Below the pieces are notes generated by a model. That model searched no databases. It had not been told where the DNA came from and saw only the letters and a program-made list of their open reading frames with translations. A stretch of DNA of 64,000 nucleotides from assembly GCA_964655705.1 (NCBI GenBank), contig CAZZPP010000002.1, positions 32,231 to 96,230 on the forward strand, written 5' to 3'. The stretch is from an uncultured Candidatus Saccharibacteria bacterium. GTDB lineage: Bacteria; Patescibacteriota; Dojkabacteria; SC72. The translations under genes were made by a program, and so were the position numbers. This document shows, one piece after another, positions 58,404 to 64,000 of this stretch (its first letter is position 1; every line of letters starts with the position of its first letter).

Positions 58404-59432
58404 ATGGCTAAATTGCCAGATCATGTAGGCATAGACTTTGGAACACATACTGTAAAAGCCGTTGAATTAAAGAATATTCTTTCAACTCCCCAATTAGTTA
58501 ATTTGGGTGTACAACTTACCCCAAAAGGAGTCATAAATAGTGAAGAGAGACAAGACCAAAAGAAATTAGCAGAAGCCCTTAAACTTCTCTATGCTAATTC
58601 TAGGTTTAAAAACGTTAATGTAGTAATGGCATTACCTGAGTTTTCGGTATTTACTCGATTTTTGGAATTCCCTGGAGTTAAACAAGATGAATTAAAACAA
58701 GCTGTATACTATGAAGCTAAGCAGTATATACCAGTACCAATTGAGGATGTACAAATGAGTTATGTAGTTATTGGTTTTAATCAAGAGAAAAATGCTGCCA
58801 GAGTATTGTTAGTTGCAGCTCCTAAAAAGATAATTGAGATATATATGAATGTAGCTAATTTTGCTAATCTAGACCTCATTGCAATAGAGACAGAATCTGT
58901 GGCTATGGGTAGAGCCATGTTTAGATCTATGAGAAAAAAGGATTGTGTAATGCTTGATTTTGGTGCTAACAGTACAGATATGAGTATTATGACAAACGGT
59001 GCCCTAGTATTCTCCCAAAGTATTCCCATTGGGTCTGATTCTTTAACACAGGCAATAATTAACAAGTTCAATTTTGATTACAACAGAGCTGAACAATTCA
59101 AGAGAAACTATGGGTTGCTACCAACTGTATTGGAAGGGAAGATATATGGAGCACTTTTACCAATAGTTGAATCCATAATGATTGAGGTAAGAAGAGGAGT
59201 AGAATTCTACAAAAACAAAACAATGAGTTCCCCTCCAATGGAGTATTTGCTGAATGGTGATGGTGCCCTACTCCCAGGATTAATGGAGTATGTTTCTAAA
59301 TCACTAGGGGTCAGTGCACAAATTGCAAATCCATGGAATAATATAGCTATGGATAATAGATTTAAAAATACATTAGCCAAGACAGGGTCATCATACTCTG
59401 TAGCAATAGGATTAGCATTAAAAGATGAGTAA
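58404..59432 (+). CDS. pilM: Type IV pilus assembly protein PilM (actin-like ATPase fold)
   Basis: VGIDFGTHTVKAVEL N-terminus. Two actin-like subdomains (DFGANSTDMSI). Confidence 0.75.
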   Translation: MAKLPDHVGIDFGTHTVKAVELKNILSTPQLVNLGVQLTPKGVINSEERQDQKKLAEALKLLYANSRFKNVNVVMALPEFSVFTRFLEFPGVKQDELKQAVYYEAKQYIPVPIEDVQMSYVVIGFNQEKNAARVLLVAAPKKIIEIYMNVANFANLDLIAIETESVAMGRAMFRSMRKKDCVMLDFGANSTDMSIMTNGALVFSQSIPIGSDSLTQAIINKFNFDYNRAEQFKRNYGLLPTVLEGKIYGALLPIVESIMIEVRRGVEFYKNKTMSSPPMEYLLNGDGALLPGLMEYVSKSLGVSAQIANPWNNIAMDNRFKNTLAKTGSSYSVAIGLALKDE

Positions 59433-60114
59433 CCAAGATACCCAACAACAGAATAGCACTCAGATGAAACAGCCTCCTGTTAACCCACAACAGCCTGTGC
59501 AACCCACCCCTCCTCCTCCTCCAAATGCTCCTACACTAGCTGAGCCTCAAAGTAACCAAGTTGCGGAGGGTGTTAACTTGATACCTTCTTTAACCAAAGA
59601 ACAGAAGACTCAAGTTAAGAAGAAGAATACCTTAAATATTGGATCAATACTTAGTATTATTGTATTTGTAACAATATCCATAGGGATTGTAGGCTTCAAT
59701 ATTGTAACTAAGTCTCAGTTAAGTTCTAAGCAGAATTCTTTAAAGAGGATTGAGAATACTGTTAAATCTAAGGTAGACAAGATTACATCTAACAATGTCA
59801 TATTAAAAAGGATTAAACTATATCAGGAAGTAGATGAGAATAGTTTTTCTCACAAAGAGATTATTGAATTCTTCCTTGAGATATCTAAAAGGGTTGCAGG
59901 AATCACATATGATAGTATAGAGATATCAGAGAACCTCTCTTTCAATGTTTCAGGTAAAGGACCTGATTTAGAGCAGTTAGCTAGATTGTGGTATATACTA
60001 GGAGTAAATGAGAATATTGAGAGTGTAATGTTAGAAGGTTTTTCAAAGACTGAACAAGGAGCCAACTTTTCATTTGAGGGAGTGTTAATTTTAGACAATT
60101 TTAAAAACGAATAG
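59425..60114 (+). CDS. pilN: PilN-like bitopic pilus alignment protein
   Basis: Pro/Gln-rich N-terminus. VNLIP motif (PilN INLLP). Single TM. Periplasmic-type domain. Confidence 0.5.
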   Translation: MSNQDTQQQNSTQMKQPPVNPQQPVQPTPPPPPNAPTLAEPQSNQVAEGVNLIPSLTKEQKTQVKKKNTLNIGSILSIIVFVTISIGIVGFNIVTKSQLSSKQNSLKRIENTVKSKVDKITSNNVILKRIKLYQEVDENSFSHKEIIEFFLEISKRVAGITYDSIEISENLSFNVSGKGPDLEQLARLWYILGVNENIESVMLEGFSKTEQGANFSFEGVLILDNFKNE

Positions 60115-60116
60115 AT

Positions 60117-60809
60117 ATGGGATTAACTAATACTAAAACAGAGAAAAAAAGAAGGGAGGAGTTTAATGTAATAGCCGAGAAGAAAAGGAAGAGTAAACTT
60201 ACCTTGGGAGATTTAATTATTCCTTTAGCTTCAGGTGCTGTATTAATCATTCTTTCTTTTGCAGTGTTTGTACCTATGGTTAAATCAGCATTTGAGTTTC
60301 TTGGAGAGATTAAGGTTGTTCAGGGAAAGATCGAGCAAATGGACAAATTAAACAAGCAGTTAGACAGATTAGAAGAGAATCAATTAAATGAAGATGTACT
60401 TACCTCTAGAGAGGTTATACCAACTATTCTGCTTGTATCTGATTTGGTATATTACTTGGATAATTTAGCAAAATCTCTTAACTTAGAGATCTCTAAACTC
60501 TCTTCTTCGGATTCCTTAAATTCTGTATCTGGACCAGTTGGGTATGAAGGGGAGTATAACAATGTACTATCTTTTCTTGATGAGGCTCAGAATGTATCTC
60601 CATATATGCTTAGGTTAGAAAATGTTGAGGTTAGTCGTAGGGCTAATGAGGAAGAAGTAGATACATGGAATATTGAATTAAGGGTAAGTGGTTACTATAT
60701 GGCAGATGAAAAAGAAGAGCCAAATATATATGCTAACTTCCAGTTATATACTGAGTACGATGATATTGTTGAAATATTTAAAGTAAAGGCAGCGAACAAA
60801 TTAAAATAG
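60117..60809 (+). CDS. pilO: PilO-like bitopic pilus alignment protein
   Basis: N-terminal TM, coiled-coil (MDKLNKQLDRLEENQ) and C-terminal domain. Position after pilM-pilN. Confidence 0.45.
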   Translation: MGLTNTKTEKKRREEFNVIAEKKRKSKLTLGDLIIPLASGAVLIILSFAVFVPMVKSAFEFLGEIKVVQGKIEQMDKLNKQLDRLEENQLNEDVLTSREVIPTILLVSDLVYYLDNLAKSLNLEISKLSSSDSLNSVSGPVGYEGEYNNVLSFLDEAQNVSPYMLRLENVEVSRRANEEEVDTWNIELRVSGYYMADEKEEPNIYANFQLYTEYDDIVEIFKVKAANKLK

Positions 60810-60813
60810 TTAA

Positions 60814-61113
60814 TTAGATTTCGTCTGCTAACATATCTTCATCCTGTTCACTCTCACTGTCATGTGCTACCCTATCATCCTTAAGTATTACCCTTACTCT
60901 CTTGTTACTCCTTACGGCGCTAATGGTAATAATATCTCTAATAGAATTAATTGTTCTTCCCTTTCTACCAATTATTACCCCTTTGTCATTCTCATTTACA
61001 TTAATAGTGAGAATAGTTAGTCCAGGAAAATCAACACTCTCTCTTTCTTCAATTGAAACATCATCAGGATAGTTAACAATTGATTTTACAATATGCTCTA
61101 GTAATTCTCTCAT
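60814..61113 (-). CDS. khpA: KH-domain RNA-binding protein KhpA
   Basis: LLEHIVKSIVNYPDDVSIEE ... KGVIIGRKGRTINSIRDI (GxxG KH motif). Downstream of rpsP as usual. Start set at the internal Met. Confidence 0.75.
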   Translation of the reverse strand: MRELLEHIVKSIVNYPDDVSIEERESVDFPGLTILTINVNENDKGVIIGRKGRTINSIRDIITISAVRSNKRVRVILKDDRVAHDSESEQDEDMLADEI

Positions 61114-61197
61114 CTTAAAGAAATATAAATTAAGATTATTCAAATAATTATACCCCTCTTAAAGGGAATTTACTAGGAGTGTGAATTCTTTGGGAAA

Positions 61198-61497
61198 TTA
61201 CTCTTTCTTCTTCTCTTTTTTTGTAGTATTAGGTTTAGTAGAACCTCTCTTAAGAGATTTGATTAGACCTAATTTAACAAAATACTGGGCAATGGTATCT
61301 GAAGGCTGTGCACCTACTGAAAGCCATTTAGAAGCTAATTCTTTATCTACTTCGAATGTAGTTGGTTTAGTTCTAGGATTGTAATACCCTATCTCTTCTA
61401 CACTCTTTCCATCTCTTGGAGAACTAGACTCCATAACTACTATTCTGTAATGTGGTTGCCCTGCTCTACCCGTTCTTTTTAATCTTATTTTTAACAT
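61198..61497 (-). CDS. rpsP: 30S ribosomal protein S16
   Basis: MLKIRLKRTGRAGQPHYRIVVMESSSPRDGKSVEEIGYYNP. Confidence 0.9.
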   Translation of the reverse strand: MLKIRLKRTGRAGQPHYRIVVMESSSPRDGKSVEEIGYYNPRTKPTTFEVDKELASKWLSVGAQPSDTIAQYFVKLGLIKSLKRGSTKPNTTKKEKKKE

Positions 61498-61536
61498 AGC
61501 AAAGGTATTTTAACAGATGATATATTAATATTCAAG

Positions 61537-62247
61537 TTATTCTTTATCTTTTTGTATATACTCAATCCCCTTAGAAGCAGCATCCTCTTCTGCTCTCTGT
61601 TTACTACTACCTGTCCCCTCCCCTATTATTTTGTTATTAATTTTTACTACTACTGTAAACTGCTTGTCATGATCAGGACCCTGTTCATCCTTAACGTCGT
61701 ATATGGGGGTTACCTTATACTTAGCTTGAGCTATTTCTTGTATTTTAGTCTTGCTATCAATATCTAATCTATTCTTAACTATGGAGTTTAACTTCTCGAT
61801 GAGATGCATATGTACAAACTCTTTACTCTTTTCGTATCCCTGATCTAGATATATACCCCCAATCACTGCTTCAAAGGTATTTGCTAGTAAAAAGTTCTTA
61901 GTCCTCCCTCCAGTATCTTCCTCTCCTTTAGAAAGTAAGAGATACTCTCCTAGGCCTAACTGCTTACTTGTTTCTGCTAAACTATCTGTTTTAACAAGTG
62001 CAGATCTAAAACTAGTTAATTCTCCCTCAGGTCTATTAGGATATTTTTGATAGAGGTAAAAAGAAACAATTAATTCCAATACGGCATCTCCTAAAAACTC
62101 TAACCTCTCATTATGTGTTTTACACTCCTTATGTTCATTCAAAAAGGACCTATGGGTAAGAGCATCTATGAGGTACTGTTTATTTACAAAAGTAATACCT
62201 ATCTTCTGTTCAATTTCTTCAATTTTATTCTGTTTTATGCTTTTCAT
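61537..62247 (-). CDS. rnc: Ribonuclease III
   Basis: RNase III signature ERLEFLGDAVLELIVSFYLY. C-terminal dsRBD (GEGTGSSKQRAEEDAASKG). Confidence 0.9.
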   Translation of the reverse strand: MKSIKQNKIEEIEQKIGITFVNKQYLIDALTHRSFLNEHKECKTHNERLEFLGDAVLELIVSFYLYQKYPNRPEGELTSFRSALVKTDSLAETSKQLGLGEYLLLSKGEEDTGGRTKNFLLANTFEAVIGGIYLDQGYEKSKEFVHMHLIEKLNSIVKNRLDIDSKTKIQEIAQAKYKVTPIYDVKDEQGPDHDKQFTVVVKINNKIIGEGTGSSKQRAEEDAASKGIEYIQKDKE

Positions 62248-62656
62248 AGATTGCTCCTAATACTCCATTTACAAATTTACTATTACTCTCTCCCCCAAAC
62301 TCTTTAGCTAATTCAATAGCTTCATCTATGGCTACTTTAGGAGGAGTAATTTTAGAAATGAAACCCTCATATATGGACATTCTAAGAATCTGTAAATCAA
62401 CTAACTTCATCTGAGATATTGGCCATTGAGGTGCATACTGACTTATCAATTTATCAATCTCCAGCTTATTCTCTTTTACACCATCAATTAGGGTATTATA
62501 CAACTCTTCATTGTATGTATCTATTTCATCTAGCAGGGAAAGTTCAGAAATTTCAAAATCTAAAATACTATCATTATTGATATTGAAGTCTGTAGAGAAA
62601 AGATTTTGTAACGCTAACTCTCTTGAAAGATGTCTAGGGTCAGTTGATTTCTTCAT
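62225..62656 (-). CDS. nusB: Transcription antitermination factor NusB
   Basis: RHLSRELALQNLF N-terminus and NusB helical fold pattern. Confidence 0.7.
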   Translation of the reverse strand: MKKSTDPRHLSRELALQNLFSTDFNINNDSILDFEISELSLLDEIDTYNEELYNTLIDGVKENKLEIDKLISQYAPQWPISQMKLVDLQILRMSIYEGFISKITPPKVAIDEAIELAKEFGGESNSKFVNGVLGAIYEKHKTE

Positions 62657-62670
62657 TTAATACTCTATTA

Positions 62671-62853
62671 CTATTTATTACTCTTAAGATCTTTTCCATC
62701 TCCGTAGTAACCACAGAATTCACATACAAAGTGAGGTCTTTTACTCTTACCGCACTTAGGACATTTGGACATCTGAGGTTTAATTAGAAAGTCCTGAGAC
62801 CTTCTTCTGTTCTTTCTACCCTTTGATATTTTTCTTTTTGGTAATGCTCCCAT
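62671..62853 (-). CDS. rpmF: 50S ribosomal protein L32
   Basis: MGALPKRKISKGRKNRRRSQ ... CPKCG..HFVCEFCGYY zinc-ribbon L32. Confidence 0.85.
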   Translation of the reverse strand: MGALPKRKISKGRKNRRRSQDFLIKPQMSKCPKCGKSKRPHFVCEFCGYYGDGKDLKSNK

Positions 62854-62914
62854 AACTATTTATACAAGATTAAACCTTGTATTATATTTTAATATCTTAA
62901 TTCTTGCAACAACA

Positions 62915-64000
62915 TTATACTATCCATCCCTCTTTGATATCGATTTCTTGTCCAGATGTAATCTTTCCTTCAACCATTTCTTTTGCAATATTACCCTCAA
63001 TATTGTCTTGTATATATCTTTTAATTGGTCTAGCTCCTAAGCCTGGTTCATTCGCTTTACTTGCAATTATTTGAGGTATAATACTTCCCCATTTGAGAGT
63101 AATACTTTTTTCAGAGAGTCTTTGAGCTAACTCTCTTAGTAGTAGTTCTGATATTTCTGAGAGATTTTGTATATCATGGGGATGGAATACTAAGACCTTG
63201 TCAAATCTGTTTAGGAGTTCTGGTTTAATGGCTTGTCTAAGTTCGATTAATGCCCTGTCTTTAACCTCCTCCCATGTTAAATTATGATTTGACAAAGAGT
63301 CGAGTAACATACTACTACCAATATTGCTTGTACATATGATTATGCTGTGTGTAAAATCAACTGTCTCACCAAGTGTACTTGTTAATCTCCCTTCATCAAA
63401 TATCTGTAAGAAAAGATCTAGTATTTGTGGATGGGCCTTCTCCATCTCATCAAAGAGGACAACTGTATATGGATTACTCTTAATTTTGTCAATTAAGGAG
63501 ATGGATGATTTACTTAGTAAACTACTATCTGTACTACCTCCTAAAAATTTTTCAACACTATCAATTTCTTTGTACTCTGACATATCTACTCTTACCATGT
63601 TGGATGCACTACCAAAATACTCTTCTGCAAGTACCTTAGAGATATGTGTCTTACCTACTCCAGTAGGTCCCATGAAGAGAAAAGTTCCAATTGGTTTGTC
63701 TGGATTCCTAATATCTACATGTGCCCTTCGCAATGCCTCTACAAGGGCCTGTATGGGTTCTTGCTGGCCTACTATCTTCCTTTTCATATTCTCTTCTAGC
63801 TTCATTAGGTGTGTACTCTTTTCAGCATCTACACTACCAATGGGAATACCCTTTTGATTAGAGAGAACTTTAGATACATGCTCTCCTGTTAAAATTGTTA
63901 CTCCACTAGTTTGACCCCAAGAACAGGCTTCCTCAATTAACTGTACTGCACTACTTGGTAGCTTCCTCTCCCTACTATATCTTTGTGCAAGTTCAACAGC
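62915..64000 (-). CDS. Clp/Hsp100 AAA+ chaperone ATPase (ClpC/ClpB type), C-terminal part; gene continues beyond window end
   Basis: D2 module: GQQEPIQALVEALRRAHVDIRNPDKPIGTFLFMGPTGVGKT, sensor-2 GARPIKRYIQ. The same frame stays open upstream of the annotated Met to the window edge (…AVELAQRYSRERKLPSSAVQLIEEA…). Confidence 0.8.
   Translation of the reverse strand, partial: AVELAQRYSRERKLPSSAVQLIEEACSWGQTSGVTILTGEHVSKVLSNQKGIPIGSVDAEKSTHLMKLEENMKRKIVGQQEPIQALVEALRRAHVDIRNPDKPIGTFLFMGPTGVGKTHISKVLAEEYFGSASNMVRVDMSEYKEIDSVEKFLGGSTDSSLLSKSSISLIDKIKSNPYTVVLFDEMEKAHPQILDLFLQIFDEGRLTSTLGETVDFTHSIIICTSNIGSSMLLDSLSNHNLTWEEVKDRALIELRQAIKPELLNRFDKVLVFHPHDIQNLSEISELLLRELAQRLSEKSITLKWGSIIPQIIASKANEPGLGARPIKRYIQDNIEGNIAKEMVEGKITSGQEIDIKEGWIV

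Noticed and set aside
1-64000. Alternative genetic code (UGA recoding, as in some CPR lineages).
   Set aside because: Long ORFs with strong family motifs are intact under the standard code and terminate at TAA/TAG/TGA without evident read-through needs, so there is no sign of in-frame TGA within conserved domains.

Overview
Low-GC (about 34%) bacterial chromosome segment. The gene content suggests a small-genome Patescibacteria/CPR-like monoderm organism, but that is an inference. ORFs read cleanly in the standard genetic code, with no sign of in-frame TGA recoding.

The window holds housekeeping genes:
- ctpA, htrA, prmC-prfA, rpmE, hsp20, dnaB, tRNA-Leu(CAA), lgt-lspA, rluD-like, an LCP protein, yebC-ruvC-(inserted ORF)-ruvA-ruvB.
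- gyrB-gyrA, with an HNH-type intein in GyrB.
- A holB-like gene, khpA-rpsP, rnc, nusB, rpmF, and a partial clpC/clpB-type gene running off the window end.

It also holds a large type IV pilus locus. The core genes pilB-pilT-pilC, a major pilin and pilD are followed by four pilin-like genes, a CheY-like receiver and two paralogous giant Cys-rich secreted proteins (836 and 1019 aa), and then pilM-pilN-pilO.

Between ruvB and gyrA (about 19.0-34.4 kb) lies an accessory-looking region:
- an insertion-bearing tyrosine recombinase;
- a 716-aa protein built from 69-bp tandem repeats;
- a 1205-aa polytopic membrane protein of unknown function followed by a GT2 glycosyltransferase;
- a tandemly duplicated approximately 0.4-kb noncoding module flanking a Cys-rich lipoprotein gene, with a collapsed second copy;
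- an NYN-domain RNase and an AbiEii-type nucleotidyltransferase pair, another GT2, a VanY/M15B peptidase, a sortase and a tiny candidate sortase substrate.

Other notable points are an orphan TraD/VirD4-like coupling-protein ATPase and a CIRCE-like operator upstream of hsp20. Functions of the hypothetical genes cannot be resolved from sequence alone.
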